From Paraspadella gotoi (Eukaryota > Animalia > Chaetognatha): a stretch of 15,270 bases of DNA. Numbering within the stretch: the first letter of the stretch is position 1; each line of letters opens with the position of its first letter. Under the pieces are notes generated by a model. That model saw only the letters and a program-made list of their open reading frames with translations. It searched no databases and was not told the origin of the DNA. The position numbers and the translations under genes are program-made. The stretch spans positions 1-15,270 of the forward strand of contig JBJCIZ010000728.1 of assembly GCA_051294375.1 (NCBI GenBank), read 5' to 3'. Positions 1 to 8,724 of this stretch are shown here, one piece after another.

Positions 1-226
1 ATTGTGTTTGTGTTTTTGCTAAGGTGGACGGACGGACGGACGGACGGACGGACGGACAGACGGACGGACGGACATCATTTTTTTTGCATATTTATCATAA
101 TTCGATGTTCTGACATGATTATAAGTGTGTGCCGACAATATTGAGGGGGCGGACCGACGGACCGAAAAGTGAGTATAAAAAGTGATTATAAGATCGGGAT
201 CTGCTGATAAAGCAGATCCGACTAAA
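1..226 (-). mobile_element. DINE-1/HINE-like non-autonomous Helentron, copy A (5' end; runs off the left edge of the window)
   Basis: Reverse complement of 1722-1935. Has a (GGAC)n microsatellite at 26-73 and a terminal hairpin GGATCTGCT-gataa-AGCAGATCC (197-219) containing the subTIR GCAGATCCGAC. A 5' subTIR/IR followed by a GTCY microsatellite is the DINE-1 layout. Confidence 0.8.
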
Positions 227-401
227 AATGATAAGCAAAAATTTTCAAAATATTTTTCATTTTCATATTATTTTAATAGTCGCTTAACCCTTTTTTTTCC
301 CCTTTTACTACTAAATCGATTTTCAATGTAACTTTTTGAAATTAGTTCATTGGGTTGTTGCACTGAAGCTTTTAAATATTTATTAATATATAATAATTAT
401 A

Positions 402-865
402 TAAGAGTTTTGACGAAATTATGCCAGTGGAAATGAGTTTAGATGGAAAAAAACATAAGTCACATTTACTTTAATCTTTAATATTAATGATTACTAATAA
501 ATGTTTTAATTAATTAGTTATTAATTATTAATTATTAATTAATTAATTAATGTGAAAAATGAATGCAAGTTAAAAAAATCTTAAAAGGCATAAAGATCGT
601 CGCAATTGCATAAAAGAGAGAGAGAGAGAGAGAGAGAGAGTGAGAGAAGGAGAGAGAAGGAGACATTAAAATAAAATAGAGGTATTTGTTTGTTTTGATA
701 AAATGTAACAAACATATTTAATAAACTGTCCTAACCCAATTTAAGGACATCGATGATGATAAGTTGAATATAAATTAAAATTAATTATTACATATCAAAA
801 TTAATTATTAATCGATTAAATAATTAATTATCGTAGGCAGATCCGACATGTTTGCTCAACTTGTT
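402..865 (+). mobile_element. DINE-1/HINE-like element, copy B (3' part)
   Basis: Colinear with 2358-2480 and 3120-3330. Has (GA)n at 615-663 and ends in subTIR GGCAGATCCGAC + ATGTTTGCTCAACTTGTT, like the DINE-1 3' hairpin/CTTGTT end. Confidence 0.75.
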
Positions 866-1106
866 TAATTCTAAATAGCACGGAAAAAATTTATTTTATG
901 TGTGAAGAAGAAATAAAGGTTAGGGCAACATGAACATAGTTAATTAATATTAAAAATCAATTCATGTGAAAAAACCAAAGAAGAAATTTGAATCAATCCA
1001 AATTGCTTTAAAAAGTTTTAAAGCCTCTCTATATCGAATTTTTATCTCTGTTAAGTTTTTAATAAATCCCCAACTTATTTGGTGTCTAATCCACCAACCA
1101 TCATCA

Positions 1107-1175
1107 GCGGCCATTGGTGCCGGAGGCAAGTATTCGCCTCCAACCCAAAGGTCGGGGTTCTAGCCCGTGGTCGTC
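1107..1175 (+). pseudogene. tRNA-derived sequence (Pol III A/B-box-like) in the left LTR
   Basis: GCGGCCA...TGGTCGT forms a 7-bp acceptor-like stem. A-box-like TGGTGCCGGAGG, anticodon-like CT-CCA-AC and B-box-like GGTTCTAGCC are present. The arms pair poorly, so this is not a functional tRNA. Confidence 0.65.
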
Positions 1176-1303
1176 TGGCAAGTTAGAGGGACGGGGCGTT
1201 AACCGCCTGTAACATGTGTTACAGCCTGATCCGAAAGCTCAGAACTGCTTTAATATGAATGGTTCTGTCACTAACACATAACAATATATCACGTCTCATT
1301 CAT

Positions 1304-1318
1304 TCGGTGATTCCCGAC
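1304..1318 (+). promoter_or_regulatory. Degenerate primer-binding site, tRNA-Trp-like
   Basis: TcGGTGAttCCCGAC resembles TGGTGACCCCGAC, the complement of the eukaryotic tRNA-Trp 3' end, and lies 1-2 nt after the left LTR. Confidence 0.55.
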
Positions 1319-1523
1319 TTCCGAAACACAACAGCAACAACAACACTTATTCAGCGACAATGCCTCAACCTGGCAGATGCACTTTCCCCCACAACACATC
1401 AGGCATCATGCCCTCAACTATGGATGACGAACTTTCACGAAGCAACAACAATGTACTGAGAGACGCAACAGACTTCTCCTCAGGAGGGGGATGTATGGTG
1501 TTTAAATCCGACAACCATTATCA

Positions 1524-1593
1524 GCGGCATTTGGTGCCGGAGGAAGTCATTCGCCTCCCACCCAAAGTCCGGGGTTCTAGTCCAGTGGTCGTC
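1524..1593 (+). pseudogene. tRNA-derived sequence in the right LTR
   Basis: Second copy: GCGGCATTTGGTGCCGGAGG...ATTCGCCTCCCAC...CCGGGGTTCTAGTCC...TGGTCGT. It resembles tRNA-Gly (ATTCTCGCCTCCCAC...CCGGGTTC). Confidence 0.65.
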
Positions 1594-2479
1594 TGGCATT
1601 AAGAGGGAGGGGTGCTTACCCGCCTGTAACTATGTGTTACAGCCTATCGAAGCTCGGGACTGCTTATATTGAATGGTTCTGTACTACACATAACAATATC
1701 ACTGTCTCTTCAAAACTTATATTTAGTCGCGATCTGCTTATCAGCAGATTCTCGACATCTATAACTCACTTGTCGGTCCGTCGGTCCGCCCCCTCATAAT
1801 TGTCGGGCACACACTTATAATCATGTCAGACATCGATATAAATTATGCAAAAAAATGATGTCCGTCCGTCCGTCTGTCTGTCCTGTCTGTCTGTCCGTCC
1901 GTCCGTCGTCCGTCCACCTTTAGCAAAACACCAATTACTCTGAATGGATGGATGGATTGTGAAATTGATGTGGGGTTAGGAAGTGTGTGATTGAGCTAGT
2001 TAAAGTTTCGATGGAATCGTACCGAGTGGAAGGAGTTTAAATGGAAAAAACAACAAAATATATTTCCACTATTTGAACACCAATTTCTCATAGTGGATTG
2101 GGTGCGATTGGCCTGAATTTGATATGTGGGTAGGAACGTGTGTGATGAACAGGAAATCAAGTTTCGATGGAATCGTTTGATGGAAAATTAGTTTTTAAAT
2201 GGAAAAAAAACAAAAAAACTTGTTTCATCATTAATTATGCTTCTTTTCTTTTATATTATTATTATGAGAGTGTATTAATAAATTCTAATTAATTAATTCA
2301 GTTAATAAATCAATAGATCAATTACATTAATCAATAATTCATTAATCAGCTAGATATAAAGTTTTGAAACGGGAATTGTGCCAGGGAAAGAGTTTAAATG
2401 GAAAAAAACATGTCACATTTCTTGAATCTTTATGATTTATGATTACCTAATAAATGTTTTAATTAATTAATAATTAATG

Positions 2480-3120
2480 TTGGAAAAATTGTTGCAATTG
2501 TTAAAAAAATGATGCAATTGAAAAATGATGCAAGTTGAAAAAATATGCAAGTGAAAAAATATGCAAGTTGAAAAAATGATTGCAAGTTGAAAAAATATGC
2601 AAGTTTGAAAAAATGCAGCAAGTTGGAAAAATGATGCAAGGTGTGAAAAATGATGCAGTTGAAAAATGATTGCAAGTTGAAAAATGATGCAAGTGAAAAA
2701 AATGATGCAGTGAAAAATGATGCAAGTTTGAAAAAATGATGCAAGTTGAAAAAATGATGCAAGTTTAAAAAAAAATGATGCAAGTTTGAAAAAACTCGAT
2801 GCAGTTATGAAAAAAATGTGCAAGTTGTGAAAAAATGATTCAAGTTGAAAATGAGCAGTTGAAAAAATGATGCCAAGTTGAAAAATTGATGCAAGTTGAA
2901 AAAAATGATGCAAGTTGAAAAAATGATTCAAGTTGAAAAATGATGCAAGTTGAAAAAAATGATGCAAGTGAAAAAATGATGCAAGTTGAAAAAAATGATG
3001 CAGTTGATAAAATGAGGCAAGTTGAAAAAATGAGTGCACAGTTGAAAAAATTGATTGCAAGTTGAAAAAATGATGCAAGTTTGAAAAAATGATGCAAGTT
3101 TGAAAAAATGATGCAAGTTA
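2480..3120. repeat. Minisatellite, ~18-21-bp unit GAAAAAATGATGCAAGTT, roughly 33 copies
   Basis: Directly visible tandem array. It accounts for the spurious F/H/L-rich minus-strand ORFs. Confidence 0.95.
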
Positions 3121-3417
3121 ATAAAACTAAAAGCAATCGTTCGCAATTGCATAAAAAAAAAGAGAGAGAAGAGAGAGAAGGGGAGGAAAAGAGGGGGGAA
3201 GGGAAGGACATAGAGATAATGTGTTTGTTTTGATAAAAATGTAAAACAAAAACATATTTAATAACTGTCCTGACCAATTTTAAGGACATCGATCGATGAT
3301 AAGCTGAATATAAATTTATAATAATTATTTTATAGACATTGTGATTAAATATCTTTCGTTGTGTTTTATGTAATTGAAATTGAACAAAAGTCTTGTTACA
3401 GCAACGATTTTATTTTT

Positions 3418-3468
3418 AATTACAGACAAGTTTCGGCTTTTCATTCAACCTTCATTAGTGCTTTGACA
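3418..3468 (-). ncRNA. Minimal type I hammerhead ribozyme motif (degenerate)
   Basis: Minus strand reads tgtcaaagca-CTAATGA-a-GGTT gaatgaaa AGCC-GAAAC-tt-GTC-tgt. One core change (CUGAUGA to CUAAUGA), stem II, a very short stem III and a GUC cleavage triplet. Confidence 0.65.
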
Positions 3469-3924
3469 ATTCACATTTTTCATAGTGGTTTTCAAATTAA
3501 CTTTGGAAGAGAGAGGAGAGAGAGAGAGAGAGGAGAGAGAGAAATAGAAGGAAAAATGGCCAACAGAGAGAGATGAGGAGCAGGACAGTGGGTGAGAAGT
3601 GTGGAGAGGTAGTTAGGTGAGAGAGGAGAGAGGAGAAGAGTGTGGGAGGTAAAAGAGAATTAATATGTGAATGGAGGAGAGATAGCAGAGAAGCAGAGGG
3701 TAACATTTGGTAAGAAGAGTGGAATAGAAGAATACTAAACAATTGGATAAATTTAAGAAATAGACAGATTAAGACAAACTTTAAAAGGTATGTAAATTTA
3801 ATTCAGATTAACATTAAATTAATAAAGGAGTGAAGTTTTAGCATGAGAATTGAAATAAAAGATGTTGAGGGATAGGTAAGTGAAAAGAGTAAGAGAAAAT
3901 AAGAAGAAAAGAAAAAAGCTCAAA

Positions 3925-4367
3925 ATGAGCTGCCCCCCCGGCGTCAACAATGGGATGCTGACGGATGTTTGTCGTCATTGGTTTGTCATAGGCTGAGAGG
4001 CTATTTGTGGTGGAGTGCGACATGGACGGGTCCGTAGAGCCACGGGAAAGAGGCCAAGTGCAACTCGAATATCTCTCAGGCCTGGATAAACCTGGCGACG
4101 GCCCTCGTCGCGCCTGTTGGCGAGGCGGGCGGTGGTCTGTTTTCGTCTGTTTTGCAACGGGAAATACTGACTCCCTCTCCTCTCCTGTAACCGTTTTTGG
4201 TGACGCCCGATCGAGGAGAGTCGGACTGGGTTGTATGCAGGAGAGGATAGGCATCGGACAATCCCGTTGCGGTATCTGGAGGTCCTCCCGCCTGGCCCGT
4301 TGAGGTGGGGACAGGAGAGTCATCGTGCGGCTGTGGGTGGAGTAGCGCTCCACCAACTTTTAATAAC
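3925..4367 (+). pseudogene. Highly decayed GIY-YIG endonuclease-like frame (antisense to the hammerhead)
   Basis: Conserved ATG (CTCAAAATGAGCTG). Fragments CNGKY (4153-4167), NRF and RRVIVRLWVE...PTFN (~4313-4364) parallel the right-arm motifs, but several frameshifts are needed. Confidence 0.35.
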
Positions 4368-4399
4368 GAATCATAGTCTAGGAGGGGGTCGGAATCGAT

Positions 4400-4570
4400 C
4401 TCCAGTCACATCAGAGAAGGGCTCGAGGCTTTGATGTAAAATCCCCTCTTCTAATACCGTGGGCTGAGAGACACGTTCTGTCATGGATCGCCAAGACAGG
4501 CAGTTTCTTCTGAAACAGGATGGCCGTATTTTTGCCGGGAATGGCTCTGCACTGCCGACAGAGAGTGACC

Positions 4571-4609
<39 letters not shown>

Positions 4610-4825
4610 GTGAGTACAGGTAAGTTTTGTTGTTGTTGAACCGATCTGTCAGAGACTTCCTGTCTCACCCACGTATGCTCTGTTGCAGGCTTGGGTTGGC
4701 CCGCCTGCAGGCCGCCAATAGACGGTCACCAATAGGCGCTCTGCGGCCGTGATGAGCGAAGAGCCGAAGTGGAGCCGAGACCACACGTCAGCTCCCCCAT
4801 TGTGACCCGGGGGCGGCCAGCTCAT
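4400..4825 (-). pseudogene. Stand-alone GIY-YIG endonuclease pseudogene (~140 codons)
   Basis: From ATG 4825: MSWPPPGH...VYW...CNRAYVGETG[fs]SLTDRFNNNK (YVGETG at 4658-4675), matching YVGETGRSLxxRxxxH. Further on, IRR[fs]GFYIKASSPSL matches the RxxxExxxIxxxxPxLN tail. Broken by frameshifts and a poly-C/G run. Confidence 0.7.
4573..4607. repeat. C35 homopolymer (G35 on minus)
   Basis: Directly visible. Confidence 0.95.
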
Positions 4826-5261
4826 TTGAGGCTTTGGTTTTGTCGGGGTGATGTTGTTCGTCGATCTGTTCGAGGCTGTAGTTCGCGGGCTCAACATCTT
4901 TATTTCAATTTCATCTAAACTTCACTCTTTATTAATTAATTTATCTGATTAATTTAAATATTTTAGTTTCTGTTTAAGGTTCTGTCTATTGATTAAATTT
5001 TCTGTTGTACATCTAAGTACTCTTCGTTACATAATGTTAACCTGCTGCTTCTCTGTCCTCTCTCTCCCTCAGTCACAAAATTTAATTTCTTTTCCCGTCA
5101 CATTTCCTCTCCTCTACTAACTTAACCTGGGCGCTCACATTCGAACGGTGCCGTGTCGGTGAGTGAACGTGTGGCCGAGTTGTCGGCTCTATTGCTCTCT
5201 CTCTCTCTCCTCGCTCTCTCTCTTCTTCCAAAGTTAATTTGGGAAAAGCATGAAACTTAAG

Positions 5262-5320
5262 TGTCAAAGCACTGGGATGGAAGGCTTGAGATGAAAGCCG
5301 ATAACTTGTCTTGAGATAAA
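5262..5320 (+). ncRNA. Hammerhead ribozyme motif, degraded core
   Basis: tgtcaaagca-CTGggATGgA-a-GGCTT gagatga AAGCC-GAtAAC-tt-GTC. Stem II is intact but the core has insertions. Position matches the other two copies. Confidence 0.5.
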
Positions 5321-6474
5321 ATAAAATCGTTGTGTAACAAGACTTTGTCTTTCATTTTCAATTAATTAATTATTAAATATTGAAATAATTAATTAGGATT
5401 CAAGATTATCGTAGGGCAAAGAGCCGACATTGTTTGGCTCAAACGTGTGTTTGTCTCTTTCTTTCTCGTCTCCCTTATATCTATTCTGTTCATTATTTTC
5501 TGTTCTTTCAGAAAGATGCTGTAGATTTCGAACTCTGGACCTTCATTCCGACGAGCTCAGCCAGTTGTCGCCAGCTGATGGACATCGTTGATTATGGGTC
5601 GCGAGAGGTGATAGAGTGTTGAGTATAGAGGGTGGGGATACTATTGCTTGTTTCCCTTTTGATATTACTAAACAAATGAACAATCTTTTTTTCCCAAAGC
5701 AATAAGCTGACTGAACAGAACTAATTCTTATGATTTTTAGTTCTGCTGGGAACCATTTTTATCTTTAAACTTAGTAACTCAACTTGGAAATCCTTACTAT
5801 TTATACTTATTAATTGCTTATGGTGCTCACCATTTTACTTGTTATTAATTAGATAAATAATTAATGAATTTCTTGCAATGTTTAGTTCATATAGATATGT
5901 GATTGCTTGATTGGCAAAAGCAGCAGAATATCTATATGCTTTGAATTATTTTATTAAGGTTGATTTTACCTCATTTAACCAAGCAGTTGGTTTATAAAAC
6001 TTTCAATACAAAGCTTGATAAACTTTAAATCTTCTGAGCAGGGATGTGGAGCGACTAATTTTGTTCTCGGCTCCGGCTCCGGCTCCCAGGCAAAATTTTT
6101 TTCCGGCTCCACTCCGGCTCCGGACTCCAAGCAAAATTTTTTTTCGGCTCCCGGCTCTCCGGCCCGGCTCCAGCAAAAATTTCAGCGCTCCGGGTCCGGC
6201 TCAACTCCGGCTTCCATTACTATATATATAATTAAAATTAAGAATTAAATATTCATAAATTATATTCTTTAAAATTATATAATTTTATTTTTATTATAAT
6301 AATATTTATTTATTTATAATAATAATATATTTTAATATTAAATTATATTTAAAAATATTAAATAATAAGCAAAATATTTTTTATTTTTTGGTGACATCCT
6401 ACTTTTTTGGTAATTTAATTGTAATTATATTTAGCATTCTCATTATGGTTGATTTGTTACTTAAAACCTCAGAT

Positions 6475-7190
6475 TATGGTTGAAGTTAGGGATTGAGATA
6501 GTGTTAAGGCTTAGATTTAGGTTGTAGTTGTTGGTAGGTTAATGGTTGAGTTGTAAATTAGGGTTAGGTTGAGTAATGGGTTAGGCTTAAGTTAAGTAGG
6601 GGGTAAGTTATGGTTAGGGTAATGTCATTTAAGGTAAGAATTTTAAAGCCAAAAAGGCATGTAGGTAAGGAAGGTACTGCAATGGAATGTATGGAATGAA
6701 AGGTTGGAGGTACAAATAGTAGTAAGAAGCCGCGGGTCTGGTTAAGGTTAGGGTTGAGGAGCATGAGAGGGTTGAGGATGGAGAGCGGGGGTTAGGGGGG
6801 TAGGAGGGAGGCTGACGTGTTGAGTGCATGCAAAGCGCGATAGGGTGTAGGTTAAGCACAGAGATATATGGGAAGCCCAGCCCGATTAGGGGGTTAGATT
6901 GGGAGAAGGAGCATGAGGTGAGATGAGAGTGCGTCGGGCGGGGTTAGGGAAAAGCCCATGGTTGATGCATCAAAGGGGCAGTTAGGTTGGGTTTAGGCAC
7001 AGAGATGTACTGGAGGCCATGTGGAGGAATGAGATAAACAAGAGGGCCCCGGGTAAGGTTAGGGTAGGAAAGACCACAGTTTCTGAGTCGAGGTTGGTTA
7101 GGTTGAGGCATGGAAATGTAGGAGGGCCTAGACGTTGGGTTAGCTGGGAAAGCATGGGTGTACGTAAACTTGGGTTAGGTTTAGTTTTGA
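6475..7190 (+). repeat. Degenerate telomere-like (TTAGGG/GGTTAGG) G-rich tract
   Basis: Many scattered TTAGGG, GGTTAAGG and GGTTGAGG variants with strong G/T skew. The same motifs resume at 8430-8545 after the foldback element. Confidence 0.55.
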
Positions 7191-7240
7191 AGAGAGCCGC
7201 GGGCGGCGCTGATGTATTATATCCCCATGTCTCAACTTCA

Positions 7241-8383
7241 ATTGTCATTGCAAACTGGTGAAGATATTTTAATCTGAAGATTTTTTTCTATTAGTAAAAC
7301 CTAAAACAATTTATATATTCCAAATTTTATATTTTGGGTTATGATTTTGATTGATAATCACCAGGAGAAAAAGTTGCTTAAAATGTCTTCATTTAAAACA
7401 AATCTTTTTTTCATTTATCTCTAACTTTATAAACAGTTTTTTTAAAATCTATTATTATCATTTCTTTTGGTTTTTTGAATTATTTAGAGAGAAAACGAAA
7501 ATTCATTATTGCAACAGATTTTGTTTATTTAAATCGGATATGTTTTCGATTCTATAACTTTCGGGTCTCATCAGCATTTAATATTACAAAATCAATATTT
7601 AAAAACTGAAAGTTTTTAATTTAATGCTAATAAAAACTATGAGAGTCCTAGAGTTCGAAAAAATGTCCATTTACAATTAACAAAACCATTGTTATCAAAT
7701 AACAAATTGTTGTTTGCTCTCCAAAATAAAACTTTTATATAAAAAAGGTATCAATATTAATATCTTTGAAAGCTCTTGAAAATTGGAAGAAAAATGAAAT
7801 ATTTAAGAATAGTCTAACGTAAAAATAAGCCTAACCAGCTTAGTTTTAATTAAGAGAATCCAAATTGAAAATAATAAAATACTAAAATAATTTTTTTAAA
7901 TATCTGACCTATTCTTACTATAATGATCTTACCAATTATTGTTTATATAAGTACAAAAAATAGCTAAGAATAAACTAAATTAAAATAGCTAACAAAATTG
8001 GATAAATTATTTCCAAAAACTGCTCTTTTAAGAATTTAATTTAATAATTATCTTAAGTAGATAGGCTATTTTAATATTACAGTTTTTATTTTTAATTTAT
8101 GCCAATCTCTTTATATTTTTTAAAAGCTTCAGATATATTAATATTGATACCTTGTTATATAAAGTTTTGTAAAAAAAATATGTTAAAAAGTTAGAAAAAC
8201 AGATGAATAAAAAATATAGTTTTAAAAATGAAAACACAATTTTTGAAGCAAACTTTTCTCTGCTCAGTGACAAGTCAAATCAAAACCAATCAATAGAAAA
8301 TTTGGTTATATAGATTTAGGTTTTTTTATTACAGAAAAATTTTTTCAGATTAAAAAAAAAATTACAAATTTGTAAATGACGAT
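7241..8383. mobile_element. AT-rich foldback/MITE-like element with ~210-bp terminal inverted repeats and two internal palindromes
   Basis: 7241-7450 is the reverse complement of 8170-8383 (ATTGTCATT/AATGACGAT, TTTAATCTGAA/TTCAGATTAAA, CTAACTTT/AAAGTTAG). Internal IRs span 7480-7730 and 7729-8168 (AAGGTATCAATATTAATAT/ATATTAATATTGATACCTT). No clear TSD. Confidence 0.7.
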
Positions 8384-8724
8384 TTTTTTTAGCGCAGGCT
8401 GTTGTGTTCACCTTGTAGAGTTAAAATACTGGGTTAAGGTTTTAGCTTGGCATTGAGATTAAAAGTTAGGGTTAGGGCTATAAAAAAGATGGGCCTCTGT
8501 AAATGATGCAGATTGAAATATATAAAATTAATTAGGGTTAGGGTTTTTATTGGGTCTTCGGTGAATGGAAGCTTATTATTCCCAATTATTTCCCTGGCCC
8601 AGTCCCTTTATCAAACCCTGTATTACCAATGCTTTGTCTATCACTTAGTCCCGACCTTAATTAAAAAAAAAATGACAGAGAACACAGTATGGTTATTCCT
8701 TCAAGCATATAATATATCCTCTAT

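Larger units (their letters stand above)
1076..1712 (+). mobile_element. TRIM (miniature non-autonomous LTR retrotransposon) with tRNA-derived LTRs, Helenus-like
   Basis: Direct repeats at 1076-1302 and 1492-1712; the right one reads TGTATGG...TCTCTTCA. PBS-like TCGGTGATTCCCGAC at 1304-1318, polypurine tract AGGAGGGGGA at 1482-1491 directly before the right LTR, imperfect TSD caact/aaact, and a non-coding ~190-bp interior. Confidence 0.8.
3372..4375 (-). mobile_element. Penelope-like pLTR unit, left arm of the inverted pair (hammerhead strand = minus)
   Basis: 3372-3955 is the reverse complement of 4797-5363 (shared AATTGAAA..AAAGTCTTGTTAC..CAACGATTTT, GA tract, GAGTGAAGTTT, CTCAAAATGAGCTG). 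A hammerhead motif lies near the outer end. Confidence 0.7.
4380..5363 (+). mobile_element. Penelope-like pLTR unit, right arm of the inverted pair (hammerhead strand = plus)
   Basis: Inverted homolog of the left arm and direct homolog of 8725-9245. Degenerate hammerhead at 5262-5320. Confidence 0.7.
1722..5452 (+). mobile_element. DINE-1/HINE-like element, copy C (near full length, interrupted by the insertion at ~3332-5363)
   Basis: 5' end TAGTCGCGATCTGCTTATCAGCAGATT hairpin, (GTCY)n at 1860-1915 and internal ~160-bp repeats at 1945-2215. Homology to copy B stops at ~3330 and resumes at ~5364, ending in a degenerate GGCAAAGAGCCGACATTGTTTGGCTCAAAC. Confidence 0.75.

Noticed and set aside
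1107-1175. Functional tRNA gene
   Set aside because: The anticodon and D arms pair poorly, the anticodon differs between copies, there is no poly-T terminator, and it is embedded in LTRs.
1099-1240. Hammerhead in the TRIM LTRs (retrozyme), from CTGATGA on minus and CTGATCCGAAA on plus
   Set aside because: Neither motif is conserved in the second LTR, and the full core cannot be assembled.
2480-3120. CRISPR-like array
   Set aside because: The units are contiguous with no unique spacers, there are no cas genes, and the context is eukaryotic.
2463-3289. Several 74-203 aa minus-strand ORFs rich in F/H/L
   Set aside because: They are translations of the stop-poor minisatellite, open in multiple frames.
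4620-4688. Canonical-looking intron (CAG|GTAAGT...TTGCAG|) on plus
   Set aside because: It coincides with the GIY-YIG core on the opposite strand, which explains the sequence better. There is no independent support.
6015-6248. GS/AP-rich ORFs here and at 9775-10020
   Set aside because: They are translations of the GGCTCC subterminal repeats.
7555-7580. CTGATGA-gaccc-GAAA on the minus strand (hammerhead core boxes)
   Set aside because: There is no room for stem II, no convincing stems I/III, and the motif is not kept in the opposite arm of the palindrome.
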